A program made the translations under genes and the position numbers. Below the pieces are notes generated by a model. It ran no database searches and was not told the DNA's origin. It saw only the letters and a list, made by a program, of their open reading frames with translations. Positions 31,800 to 42,234 of a stretch of DNA of 64,000 bases are shown here, piece after piece. Every line of letters starts with the position of its first letter. Position 1 is the first letter of the stretch. Source of the DNA: a virus; IMG/VR virus record IMGVR_UViG_3300025000_000078, positions 1 through 64,000 of that record; one strand, 5' to 3'.

Positions 31800-34172
31800 T
31801 TATCTTATGTCAATTATTACTTCACCTTTACGTACTGAAATTAATTTTCTCCCTTTACTCAATCTAGGTAATTCAATAACATCCTTTATTTTAATCTCCT
31901 CAACAGTATTCTTTAAATAAGCTTTAAATACTTCATTACCTCTAACAGTTTTAATCATTACAATATTTTCATCATAAATATCAAGTCTTTCGTTATTTAA
32001 TGAAATAATTCTTAACGGTTTACTATTCCTTTCCATAGTTTTAAATTCATTTAAGGTACATTTCTTACCGTTACCTTTATTAGTTAATACGAATAAATAT
32101 TTATCTTTATCATTTACAATATCCATTCCAATAACTTCTTCATCTTCAGTTAATTCAATGGCTTTAATACCAATGGACATTCTAGAAGTTTCTTTAATAT
32201 CAGATGAAGGTATTCTAACACCAAATCCTTTATTTGTATAAATAACAACATCTTTGTCACCAGCTAATAATTTAACTGATTTCAACATATCATTTTCTTT
32301 AATAATTAATCCAACTAATTCACTTTTAATATTCATATAATATTTAATTGGTGTTTTTTTAATAATACCATTCTTTGTAATCATTAAGAAATATATTGGT
32401 GTTTTAATATTAGATAATGAGTCAGTTGTAGGTTTAGGGAATATTGTATTAATATTTCCATTTATATTACAATATTTATTTAATTTCTCCCCATTACTAT
32501 TAATAATACTATTTTCTAATATGTGAACAGGTAATCTTGAAACTTTTCCACTATCATCAAAAATTAATAAATCCGTTGTATTTCGACTTTCTATTATTTC
32601 AATAGGATAATCTCCTTGAGATATATTACCTATAGAAGTAGAATTATCGGATAATTTTTTTACATAACCATTGAAGGTAAATACTATTAAATGATTAGTA
32701 TTTTGTATTTTAGTTTCACCTTCAATAGAAATAATCCTACTTTTTCTCTCCTCACCAAATAATTTTATCCCTTCTTCTAATTCACTTTTGATTATTTTAT
32801 CAATTTTTTTTACTGATTTAACAATCTTTTCATACTTTTCAATTTTCTCATTAATATCTGTCATTTCTTTCTTATATTTCTTATAAGATTCTTTAGAAAA
32901 AGCATTCATTTTCATTTCTGATATATTTTCAGCCTGTAAAGAAGTTATACCAAAAGCTGACATTAATTTATTAATAATCTCAGCTTTATTTTCAGATTTT
33001 TTAATAATTCTTAAAGTCTTTTCCCCATTCTCTTCATTTAAGATAAATAATAATATTTTCAATATATGCTGTCTTTCTCTTACTTTGGTTATCTTATGAT
33101 TATATATTCTTCTTTTAGTATCTCTTCTAAAATTAATCCAAGATAATAATAACATTCTAATATTAAAATCTCTATCTTCATAATCATCAATCAATTTAAA
33201 ATTGACTGGATATGTTTTTTCAAGATCAGTTTTTTTATATAAAGTGTGAATAATAGAAATCGGATCAACTTCTTTTTTAAAGAATAATTTTAGTTTAATA
33301 CCATTTCTTTCAGAATAATCATCTTCAATATCTTTTAAACCAGGTAATTTACCTTCACGGAACAAAGGAATTATTTGATCTTTTAATACATCTTTCAAAT
33401 GAACTCTTAATGGCGATGAAGTAATTGTAATAATATTATTATGCTCGTCTAAATCAAAACTAGCCCTCATTTTAAATTTACCTTTACCAGTTTCAGATAA
33501 CTCTTTAAAATTATTTTCATCAATTATAAGAGCACCTGTTGGTGAGTCTGGTATTAAAGTTATATCTTCATAATCAGGGTCATCTATTAATTTTAAAGTT
33601 AATTCACATACTTCTTTGAAATTATACGTTGGTAATGAACAACTTATACCATACCCTATACCAAAACTATCATTGATTAATACACTGGGATACTTAGCCG
33701 GTAAATATTCTGGTTCTAATAAATCACCACTATAATTAGGTTTCATATCAACAATGTTTTTATTAAATTCTTCAAAGAAACATTTATAAGAATAAAAACT
33801 TAAACGAGCTTCGATATAACGAGAAGCTGCAGCTGAATCACCAATAGGATTACCAAAGTTCCCACTACCTTCAATAAAACATTGTATATTATGCCATGGT
33901 TGAGCTAATTTTACTAATGTATCATAAACAGGTTTATCACCATGAGGATGATAAGCTAAAACCTGGCCTACAAGTGTTGACACTTTTTTGAATCTATCAT
34001 TATATGAGCATCCTAATTCATATAATGTATATAATATTCTTCTTTCTCCTATTTTTAGTCCGTCCTCAGCAAATGGGATATGTCTCATAAGATTTGTATT
34101 AGCCCCATAAATTTGCATATAATGAGTACAGATATCACCGATATTTTCTATTTTAACATTTTTATCAAACAT
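31800..34172 (-). CDS. gyrA: Type IIA topoisomerase subunit A (GyrA/ParC family)
   Basis: DGLKIGERRILY, YHPHGD, GNFG, AASRY catalytic Tyr, C-terminal pinwheel repeats. Confidence 0.92.
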   Translation of the reverse strand: MFDKNVKIENIGDICTHYMQIYGANTNLMRHIPFAEDGLKIGERRILYTLYELGCSYNDRFKKVSTLVGQVLAYHPHGDKPVYDTLVKLAQPWHNIQCFIEGSGNFGNPIGDSAAASRYIEARLSFYSYKCFFEEFNKNIVDMKPNYSGDLLEPEYLPAKYPSVLINDSFGIGYGISCSLPTYNFKEVCELTLKLIDDPDYEDITLIPDSPTGALIIDENNFKELSETGKGKFKMRASFDLDEHNNIITITSSPLRVHLKDVLKDQIIPLFREGKLPGLKDIEDDYSERNGIKLKLFFKKEVDPISIIHTLYKKTDLEKTYPVNFKLIDDYEDRDFNIRMLLLSWINFRRDTKRRIYNHKITKVRERQHILKILLFILNEENGEKTLRIIKKSENKAEIINKLMSAFGITSLQAENISEMKMNAFSKESYKKYKKEMTDINEKIEKYEKIVKSVKKIDKIIKSELEEGIKLFGEERKSRIISIEGETKIQNTNHLIVFTFNGYVKKLSDNSTSIGNISQGDYPIEIIESRNTTDLLIFDDSGKVSRLPVHILENSIINSNGEKLNKYCNINGNINTIFPKPTTDSLSNIKTPIYFLMITKNGIIKKTPIKYYMNIKSELVGLIIKENDMLKSVKLLAGDKDVVIYTNKGFGVRIPSSDIKETSRMSIGIKAIELTEDEEVIGMDIVNDKDKYLFVLTNKGNGKKCTLNEFKTMERNSKPLRIISLNNERLDIYDENIVMIKTVRGNEVFKAYLKNTVEEIKIKDVIELPRLSKGRKLISVRKGEVIIDIR

Positions 34173-34262
34173 AAATCTCCATCTCCCTATATTTTATTAT
34201 AGATTAATAATATATAAATAAAAAAATAAGGGTTAAATAAAACCCTTTTCCTTATACATTTT

Positions 34263-34856
34263 TTAAAAATAACCAATTTTTATTTTTGATAACTTGTGCC
34301 ATATATAATTAAAATATTTAAAAGTGAAATTATCGGCATATAGTTCACTAGAATCAAATAATCTAATTAATTCATTAGCTTCAGCATCTTCCATCTCATC
34401 AAAATTAAATAATAGATCAATTGATTGTATGTTTTGTCTATCTAAAGCAATTTTATTACTTAAAGTTTTATTATAACGGTAAATTTTATTCAATTGATCA
34501 ATATGTCCATATTCATGCAATAGACAAATAAGAAAATGAGTTTCTTTATTAAATCCAAACCCATTATATTTTAAGAATTCAATAAATCGACATTTAACCG
34601 TTTCATAAATATTAGGATTTTTTTCAAGGAAATATATAGTGTCTTCTTTAATATGTATCTCAGCAATAAATTTTTTTGTTTGTTTATTATCTTTTGAACT
34701 ATATAAAACAAAAGCAGGTTGTTGATTATAAGGATCTTTATTATAATAACTATCATTCATATCCTGGTCTTTTTTCACTAATTGTATTTTAACTTTACCG
34801 TTTTTAAAACGAAATTCATTTTTTACAACATTAATACATTCTTCATAAAATGACAT
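34263..34856 (-). CDS. Hypothetical HEXXH protein
   Basis: LLHEYGH...ELYADNF. Confidence 0.6.
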   Translation of the reverse strand: MSFYEECINVVKNEFRFKNGKVKIQLVKKDQDMNDSYYNKDPYNQQPAFVLYSSKDNKQTKKFIAEIHIKEDTIYFLEKNPNIYETVKCRFIEFLKYNGFGFNKETHFLICLLHEYGHIDQLNKIYRYNKTLSNKIALDRQNIQSIDLLFNFDEMEDAEANELIRLFDSSELYADNFTFKYFNYIWHKLSKIKIGYF

Positions 34857-34870
34857 AATGACATCTCCTT

Positions 34871-37234
34871 TTAATTATCTAAATCTTCCCTATCGATTTT
34901 AAAGTTTTTCATTAATTGTTTTCTTTCACTAATAGCATCTGTTCCATCACCATGAATAATTCTAAATTTTTCAACTTCTTTTTCAACATCTTTCATTGTC
35001 AATTTTATTAAAATTCTCTTATTTGGGTCCATTGTTGTATCCCATAAATCTTTAGATTTTAATTCCCCTAGTCCTTTAAACCTAGTTTTTATTTTAGGTT
35101 TATATTTCTGACATAATATGAAGAATTCTGCTAAAGACATAACACTACTATAATCATTCTCAACACTAACATCATAGTACATTTTTTTATTATTAACTTT
35201 ATCAATAAATACTTTTAAACTATTTATCCTCTTTCTAAATAAATCATCTATTATAACTATTTGAAACTTACCTTCAATAATCCCAGATATAACATTATCC
35301 TCAACAGACATTTCTGGGAATTTAAATTGTAAATCATTTATAAAGTTTTTATCATCACTATGAATAATAATAAATTCCATTAAAATAGGATGTATGTTAA
35401 AATGATTAGCTACTCTATATATTTCATCTAAATACATTCTATTCTTTAACAAAAATTCTTTCATTTGTTCATTAGTTAATACTTCTTTATTATCTTTAAT
35501 TCTAATCTTATCTCTAATTCTACGTTCAAATACCTCGATATATTCTTTTTTATCTAATATAAAAGGTTTTTGTTTATCATGTATCTCATAAAGTGGTGAA
35601 ACTGCTTTATATAATAAACCTTGTTTAATTATTTCAGGTAAATGCATTAAAAAGAAAGTACATACTAAAGAAACAATTCTATATCCATCAACATCTGAAT
35701 CAGCCATTATAATTATTTTTTTATAATGTAATTTTTTAATATCAAATCCATTACCAATACCACATTTTAATCTTTTAACTAATTCTTTTAGTTCAGTATT
35801 TGATAACGCTTTATCCAACTCTAAATTAAAACTATTTAAAGGTACACCAAATATTGAAAATAAAGCCTGTGTTGTAGTATTTCTACCTTGTCTAGCTGTA
35901 CCTAAAGCCGAATCTCCTTCAATAATAAATAGTTCTCTATAAGAATCACCTTTATTATTAGCTTTAACAAAATTTTTTAAAGCATGTTCAGCAAATGCTT
36001 GAGTATCACCTTTAATAACTGCATTACGAATTTTATTAGCCTGTGTTCTAGCTTTAGCTATAAGTTTAATATAGTCAGTAATTTTCTTTAATTCTTTTGA
36101 ATGAGTTTTAAAATATTCCATCAATGCCTTATATGTCATATCTTTTAATGGTTTAAAGAAACTATTATTAGTTACCTTTTCTTTTACTTGTCCACTAAAT
36201 TCTAACCTCATATCAGTACTTAAAAATAAAGTAAGAACTAAATTAGATGTAATATCATTATATACAATATCAATATTTTTTAAATCTCTCTGACTTAAAC
36301 TTTCTCTAGTCTGTTTACCTAAATATTGTATAATGCCCTGTTTAACAGCATCAACATGAACACCGTTTTCAATTGTATTAACAAAGTTACAAAAAGAGTC
36401 AACTAACATTTCATTATTAGTATTGTTAGAATCGAATGTAAATGCAACTTCTAGCCCAATAAATCTATCGTATTCATATCCTTTATCAAATTCTTTTATT
36501 TTTAATGATTGGAAGAAATGAATTGGATCTATTAAAGGTTCTTTACATAATTTTTTCATATAATCATATAAACCATTTTTATTTCTATATTTCTTTTGTA
36601 TGGTAGATTCTTTACCTTTTCTTGTAACACTGACATTAATTTTAATATCAGGTGTAACTAAATAAATTATTTTTTCAACCCAATTTAATAAATCTTCAGT
36701 TATTATATTACATTCATCCCCCATATAAAATGGTGATGGTTTAAAAATAATACATAGACCATGTTTATCTTTATTATTCACCTTTGTTATTTTTTCATCT
36801 ATTTTCTTACCATTAATAAATTTTATTGTAAGTTTTTCACCATATCTAGTTGAACTTATTTCAATTATATCAGATAATGCAGTAATAGTACACATACCAA
36901 TGCCATTTTCTCCAGCACTTTGTTTGGATTGTTCTCTAGTAAATTTACTACCAGATTGTAATGTGGTACATACTAATTCTAACTTATCAAATGAAATTCC
37001 CCTACCATTATCTAAAATCTTAATTGTATTTTCAGTTTCATCTAAATAAATATTAATTTCATTTCCTGGAGAATTAACATTAATACATTCATCTATAGAA
37101 TTATTAATAATTTCTTTGGTTAAATGTAATGAACCTTTTTGACCCAGATATCCTATATACACATTCGGTTTACATTGTACTTTGTCAATATCACTCTCTT
37201 TATGATCAATAATATCATCAATAAATTTAGACAT
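34871..37234 (-). CDS. gyrB: Type IIA topoisomerase subunit B (GyrB/ParE family)
   Basis: EIINNSIDE, DNGRGI, EGDSA, MADSDVDG, RFKGLGE. Confidence 0.93.
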   Translation of the reverse strand: MSKFIDDIIDHKESDIDKVQCKPNVYIGYLGQKGSLHLTKEIINNSIDECINVNSPGNEINIYLDETENTIKILDNGRGISFDKLELVCTTLQSGSKFTREQSKQSAGENGIGMCTITALSDIIEISSTRYGEKLTIKFINGKKIDEKITKVNNKDKHGLCIIFKPSPFYMGDECNIITEDLLNWVEKIIYLVTPDIKINVSVTRKGKESTIQKKYRNKNGLYDYMKKLCKEPLIDPIHFFQSLKIKEFDKGYEYDRFIGLEVAFTFDSNNTNNEMLVDSFCNFVNTIENGVHVDAVKQGIIQYLGKQTRESLSQRDLKNIDIVYNDITSNLVLTLFLSTDMRLEFSGQVKEKVTNNSFFKPLKDMTYKALMEYFKTHSKELKKITDYIKLIAKARTQANKIRNAVIKGDTQAFAEHALKNFVKANNKGDSYRELFIIEGDSALGTARQGRNTTTQALFSIFGVPLNSFNLELDKALSNTELKELVKRLKCGIGNGFDIKKLHYKKIIIMADSDVDGYRIVSLVCTFFLMHLPEIIKQGLLYKAVSPLYEIHDKQKPFILDKKEYIEVFERRIRDKIRIKDNKEVLTNEQMKEFLLKNRMYLDEIYRVANHFNIHPILMEFIIIHSDDKNFINDLQFKFPEMSVEDNVISGIIEGKFQIVIIDDLFRKRINSLKVFIDKVNNKKMYYDVSVENDYSSVMSLAEFFILCQKYKPKIKTRFKGLGELKSKDLWDTTMDPNKRILIKLTMKDVEKEVEKFRIIHGDGTDAISERKQLMKNFKIDREDLDN

Positions 37235-37445
37235 TTAAATCAACTCCTTATTTATTCTATGTAAATGTTCTTTTAATAATAAAAAATGATTTATTTAGTA
37301 CTTTATATATGTTTAATATAAAAAATAAAATAATATAAAATAAGATTTAATTAACCATACTCGACCCTAGAGCCTAACATGGTTAATTAAATTTTTTAAA
37401 AAAATAGACGAGATATTATTTATCTCGTCTATTTTTCATATGAAA

Positions 37446-37916
37446 TTATTTCTTTTTACCACCGATAAAAGAAATAGAACCAACACCATAAGAACCAATA
37501 TCATCTCTATCTTTTTTCTTTTTATTTCTCTTACCATATATGTCAGCATATCTTTCATATAATTCTTTAGTTTCATGCAAATTGAAATCCAGCTCACCTA
37601 GCAACATGATGATTTTCTCATCCTTATCACAATCAGCAAAACTTCTTATTTGCTGAATTGCATTGTGTAAAGTACTTAATGCATCTTTGAGTTCTTCTTT
37701 ACTAATATGATTCATATTAAAAATGGTTTTACAATATTTGCATTGATAATCACCAGTTTTACCTTTTTCATATGGGTAAATTTTTAATTTACCTTTTTCA
37801 TTTTGGTGACAACAATGAATTGCTATTTTTTTCTTTTCTTTATGGAAATCTCTTTCCATACCTTCCAGTCTTTCCAACTTACCAATAATTCTTTTTCTAT
37901 CTCTGTCCTTAGCCAT
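37446..37916 (-). CDS. Hypothetical putative zinc-binding protein
   Basis: CCH...CKYC; GGAGG RBS. Confidence 0.6.
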   Translation of the reverse strand: MAKDRDRKRIIGKLERLEGMERDFHKEKKKIAIHCCHQNEKGKLKIYPYEKGKTGDYQCKYCKTIFNMNHISKEELKDALSTLHNAIQQIRSFADCDKDEKIIMLLGELDFNLHETKELYERYADIYGKRNKKKKDRDDIGSYGVGSISFIGGKKK

Positions 37917-38085
37917 TAATTTAACCTCCTATTATTTTTTAAATTATTTTATTACATCTTGCTTAATAATATATACTTAAAAAATTAATCAATTTTAAAT
38001 TTACATTAGTGTTGACTTAGTAATAATTTTTTACACAAGATAATAATAAAGTATAAGATAAATATCTTATACTTTATTAAATACA

Positions 38086-38376
38086 TTAAGACATAATAAA
38101 TCTTTTTTCAATTCTTTCATTATCTTCTGGTTCAGGAACCATTAATATAGCCTGTATATTTTCAACATGTTTGTATACAAAGTATTTATTACCTTTAGTA
38201 TCCTCTTCTTCCATTCTAACAACCTCAGTATCATCACCTAAAGTGAGAAATACTTGATCAAAAACAAATTCACCTGTCTTAAACCATCTCTTTGCAATAT
38301 TATCAAATATAATAGCTAATAATCTATTATCTCCACCACCATGATTAATGATATTTCTTGCATCTCCAAGTCTCAT
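38086..38376 (-). CDS. Hypothetical protein
   Basis: 96-aa ORF with AGGAGG RBS. Confidence 0.65.
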   Translation of the reverse strand: MRLGDARNIINHGGGDNRLLAIIFDNIAKRWFKTGEFVFDQVFLTLGDDTEVVRMEEEDTKGNKYFVYKHVENIQAILMVPEPEDNERIEKRFIMS

Positions 38377-38548
38377 TTATTTATCCCTCCTATTTTTTTT
38401 CTTTTTTCCTTTACCATGAGATAAAGAAAAATATTCTTTAAATCTTTTAACTTTTTGTTCAATTGACTCATATTTTATTGGCTTATTATTTAAAACAGGT
38501 GCTAATAATTTTTCCATATCCTTAAGAGAAATTTTAATACCCCCTTCA

Positions 38549-39721
38549 TTAAATAGCTATAATCAATCCAGTAGTAGCCCTAGTTATAGCAGTATATAAC
38601 CATTTAAAATAATATTCTTTATTACCCATTTTTTCATCATATACTAAAACATTGTTATATTGAGAACCTTGTGATAAATGAGCCGTTATAGCATGAGCAA
38701 ATTCAAATTTATTAATATAACTTCGTTTACTTTGTTTTCTCTCTTCATAACTTTTAAATAAATAATTATGGTCCATTGGAATTCTTCTAAAAAATTCTTC
38801 TATTAAAAATTCAGGTCTGAAATCAATACATACTGATTTTTTAGTATATGTGTCTAGATGTATATCTTTAACGTAACCAACTAAACCATTAACAAGTGAT
38901 ATATTATCTAAAACAGATAATGACCAATTATTTTGTCTACAAATAATCTTATCTCCGATAATTGGAAAAGGTTTATTTATTTTATTAATACTTTCTCTCA
39001 CATATCTATTTATATTATCTCTAGTTCTATTCTTACCGCAAATAACTATATCATTATCAACTAACATGTTATCTTTAATATCCTCTTTATTAATAACATG
39101 ACATTTATCACCATATTTACCAACCCTTAATAACTTATGTTTTATTGCTTGCTGGCTTAGATATATAATAGGGTCATCTTTTTTTTGTCTTATTATTTCA
39201 GTTAATATAATATCCGGATTATTTAAGAAAAATGGTTTACCAAAAATTGGTGGTAATTGATTTAAATCACCTAATACTAAAACAGGTAGATTGAAACTTA
39301 GAATATCAGCTCCGATTTTTCCATCGACAGTTGAACCCTCATCAATAACTAAAAGTTCAATATTATCAGGTAATTTAGCTTTTTTAACAAATGTTGGTGT
39401 TGTAAGTATACGTCCATTTCTTCTTATAAAATTATTATTTTCATCCAGTATAGGTACATCAATTAAATCATAAATAACACTATGTATAGTATGTGCATTA
39501 ATACCTTGACGCATTAAAGCCATTGTCGCTTTACCAATATATGCCATAAATAAAACATTTTCCATAGGTATTCTTAATTTATTTATTAAAAAACGTACAA
39601 TAAATGTTTTTCCTGAACCAGCAGGTCCTGATATTTCGATTACTTGTTTATTTTGTCTCTTTCTCCATAAAACAATTTCATTTGAGGCATTAGCCTGTTG
39701 GGTATTTAATATATCAACCAT
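38549..39721 (-). CDS. SF1B helicase (Dda/RecD2-like)
   Basis: GPAGSGKT, IDEGS, GDLNQLPP, AITAHLSQGSQY, LYTAITRA. Confidence 0.9.
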   Translation of the reverse strand: MVDILNTQQANASNEIVLWRKRQNKQVIEISGPAGSGKTFIVRFLINKLRIPMENVLFMAYIGKATMALMRQGINAHTIHSVIYDLIDVPILDENNNFIRRNGRILTTPTFVKKAKLPDNIELLVIDEGSTVDGKIGADILSFNLPVLVLGDLNQLPPIFGKPFFLNNPDIILTEIIRQKKDDPIIYLSQQAIKHKLLRVGKYGDKCHVINKEDIKDNMLVDNDIVICGKNRTRDNINRYVRESINKINKPFPIIGDKIICRQNNWSLSVLDNISLVNGLVGYVKDIHLDTYTKKSVCIDFRPEFLIEEFFRRIPMDHNYLFKSYEERKQSKRSYINKFEFAHAITAHLSQGSQYNNVLVYDEKMGNKEYYFKWLYTAITRATTGLIIAI

Positions 39722-39856
39722 TTATTTAACATATCACCTCTTCCGTAAAATATATAGGAAGGTATTTTTATATTCATTTATATGATTGTGTGATAAATAT
39801 TTAAAATCAATTACAATTATATAAAACTTAATATAATAGATTGGAGGTAAAGATAT

Positions 39857-40504
39857 ATGATTAATAGTTTAGAAAATCTCGGAGTTAGATCAGATGAATA
39901 TTGTTTTTTATTAGAAGAATCAGATCAATATAATAAATCTTTTAAAGTTAATATACCTAAATTTATGCCAATGTTTTCAATAGACGAAACACCTAAAACT
40001 AGTAATAATGTCTTTGATAATAATATTTTTATAAATGATACTTCATGTAAACCTATTGCAAATAATGCGATAATTACACAAAATTATATTTCTTTAGAAA
40101 GATTTAGAAATACTAATTTTAGATTTCATCCTTCTAAAATACAAAAAAAAACCAGATTTATTTGTAAGATAGTTAATGGTAATCTAAGAAATATGGGTAT
40201 TACTGATGATGAGTTAAATTTAGAACAGGTTGATGGTAATAATCAAATTTTTATTAGAAATCCATCGCATGAAATAATAGATAGGATAAAATCCGGTGAT
40301 ACTGTTAAATTTGCAATTGGTAATAGTGGTCCCAATGCCGGTTTTTCTATACTAACAGGAACAGTAACTCAAATAAATGATTGGGGTATTATAGCTACAA
40401 TACCACCAGATCATGATGTTCCTTATAGTGTATTATCAAGTAATATTATAGGTGTTTATACAAGTACCGGAACATATAAAACTAATATAAGAGGTGATTA
40501 TTAA
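39857..40504 (+). CDS. Putative baseplate/virion protein
   Basis: Translationally coupled to the next gene. Confidence 0.5.
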   Translation: MINSLENLGVRSDEYCFLLEESDQYNKSFKVNIPKFMPMFSIDETPKTSNNVFDNNIFINDTSCKPIANNAIITQNYISLERFRNTNFRFHPSKIQKKTRFICKIVNGNLRNMGITDDELNLEQVDGNNQIFIRNPSHEIIDRIKSGDTVKFAIGNSGPNAGFSILTGTVTQINDWGIIATIPPDHDVPYSVLSSNIIGVYTSTGTYKTNIRGDY

Positions 40505-40935
40505 TGATTAATAGTATATATGAATGTAATACATTAGAGGATCTTATATTATACGGTAAATCTTTAGATATATCTCATGATAAACTACATTTTAAAGCTT
40601 CTTTTTTAGACAACTCTAATAATATTATAATTTTTAATTATAGTTCCTTAATTCAAAAATATAAATACTTTTTAGAAAAGTATATTAGAACTATTGAATT
40701 TAATGATGTTGAATACGAGAAATATAGATTTAAGCCAAAAAGTTTAAGTGTTGATTTATATGGAACTACTGAACTATGGTCAGCTATTTTAAGAATAAAT
40801 AATGTATTAAGTATTAATGAATTTTCATTAAAAAAAATAAAATTATTTACAACAGAAATATTATCTGCATTAAATGAAATATTAATTCTTGAAGAAAAAA
40901 ATATAAAAGAGAATAGAAGTAATAATAGTATTTAA
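40504..40935 (+). CDS. Putative baseplate wedge (T4 gp53/LysM-like) protein
   Basis: PKSLSVDLYGTTELWSAILRIN motif. Confidence 0.6.
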   Translation: MINSIYECNTLEDLILYGKSLDISHDKLHFKASFLDNSNNIIIFNYSSLIQKYKYFLEKYIRTIEFNDVEYEKYRFKPKSLSVDLYGTTELWSAILRINNVLSINEFSLKKIKLFTTEILSALNEILILEEKNIKENRSNNSI

Positions 40936-40944
40936 TTTTTTATT

Positions 40945-40954
40945 TATATATTAT
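40945..40954 (+). promoter_or_regulatory. Early-type phage promoter motif TATATATTAT (representative copy)
   Basis: Also at 41575 (+), and 4859, 5946, 5987, 7011, 10766, 16328, 17685, 27321, 34207, 37966, 59533, 61811 (-), each upstream of a co-oriented gene. Confidence 0.6.
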
Positions 40955-40986
40955 TCATATAAATAAAAAATTAAAGGGGAATAAAA

Positions 40987-41547
40987 ATGAAAAATAAACA
41001 AATTAATTTATATTTAAAAGATAATCCTATTAAATCAGCAAAAGATATGCCAATTCCATTAACTTGGAATAAAATTGATAATGAATGGAAAGAAAACCTT
41101 AAAAAAAGTAATCAGTTTTGGTTTAGTGGTTTCGCTGGAAAATTAGAAGATAGATTTTCTAATAGAATAGATGAAATAATCAAAATATTGCAGTTGCGTG
41201 ATAAATTACTAGAATTTGGTGGTGAAGAAGCATGTATGTCATTTATAGAAGAAGACTTGCAAAATATAATAAATAGGGGTGAATTTTGGTATGGTGATAA
41301 CTGTTCTTTAATTAAAGGAGAACCATCCCGTTGCCATTCGAATTGTGCATATTTATGGGAAGTTAATAAAGATAAAATTGTAATATGTACTGGATATGCC
41401 TTATCAAAAGATGGAATGTGGAGACAACATACATGGTGTATTGAAACTAGAAGCGGTAAAATAATAGAAACTACTGTAAAAAGAATTGCTTATTTCGGTT
41501 TTGTTCTTACCGTTGATGAAGCTGAAGAATTTTTATCTAATTATTAA
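40987..41547 (+). CDS. Hypothetical protein (possible transglutaminase-like Cys/His fold)
   Basis: RCHSNC...TGYALS...WRQHTW. Confidence 0.55.
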   Translation: MKNKQINLYLKDNPIKSAKDMPIPLTWNKIDNEWKENLKKSNQFWFSGFAGKLEDRFSNRIDEIIKILQLRDKLLEFGGEEACMSFIEEDLQNIINRGEFWYGDNCSLIKGEPSRCHSNCAYLWEVNKDKIVICTGYALSKDGMWRQHTWCIETRSGKIIETTVKRIAYFGFVLTVDEAEEFLSNY

Positions 41548-41621
41548 TCCATTAGTATATTAGGTAATTTTAAGTATATATTATTTAAATAGAATAACTA
41601 AAAGAAAGAAGGTAGATATAT

Positions 41622-42206
41622 TTGTTGAAAAAAACTATAAATTTAACATTTGAAAATGAGGAAAAAATATTTTTTGAAACGATTATGAGTAAAAGTGGTC
41701 TTTCATGTTTATGGGAATTGGGAGCTTGTTATAATGATAGAATAGGTCATTCGTTAATAATAACTGATGAGAAATTTAAGAAAACTGGTGCAATATTCTT
41801 AAAAAATGATCTACATGCACAGGAAGAACATGCTCTAGTTCCAGTAGCAGAAGGATTTTATGTATTTAAAAGTATTTATCATAAACCAGATTATACTATG
41901 TATATATACAGAATTAATTTTATAACCAGTATATTAATTCAAGCTGATTTAGTAGGCTGTTCTATTTTAGCAACAAATGATAGTGAATTTTTAAGTAAAA
42001 GGTATAAAAATAAAAATTTTATGTCAGCATATGAAATATCATTGGATAAGGCTGAAGGTGAGAAAATTCTGTACTGTTATCCCCCAGCACCTAAAAGTAA
42101 TAATAAATTTATCCATCACAAGAAAGATACGAAAAAAAATGATATAGTTGAATTAGAATTAATGGATAAAGTAGTAAAAGAATTTGGTGGTTATAGAGTA
42201 AAATAA
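41622..42206 (+). CDS. Hypothetical protein
   Basis: 194-aa ORF with early-type motif upstream. Confidence 0.6.
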   Translation: MLKKTINLTFENEEKIFFETIMSKSGLSCLWELGACYNDRIGHSLIITDEKFKKTGAIFLKNDLHAQEEHALVPVAEGFYVFKSIYHKPDYTMYIYRINFITSILIQADLVGCSILATNDSEFLSKRYKNKNFMSAYEISLDKAEGEKILYCYPPAPKSNNKFIHHKKDTKKNDIVELELMDKVVKEFGGYRVK

Positions 42207-42234
42207 AAAAATAATAGTGAGGATTATCTCACTA

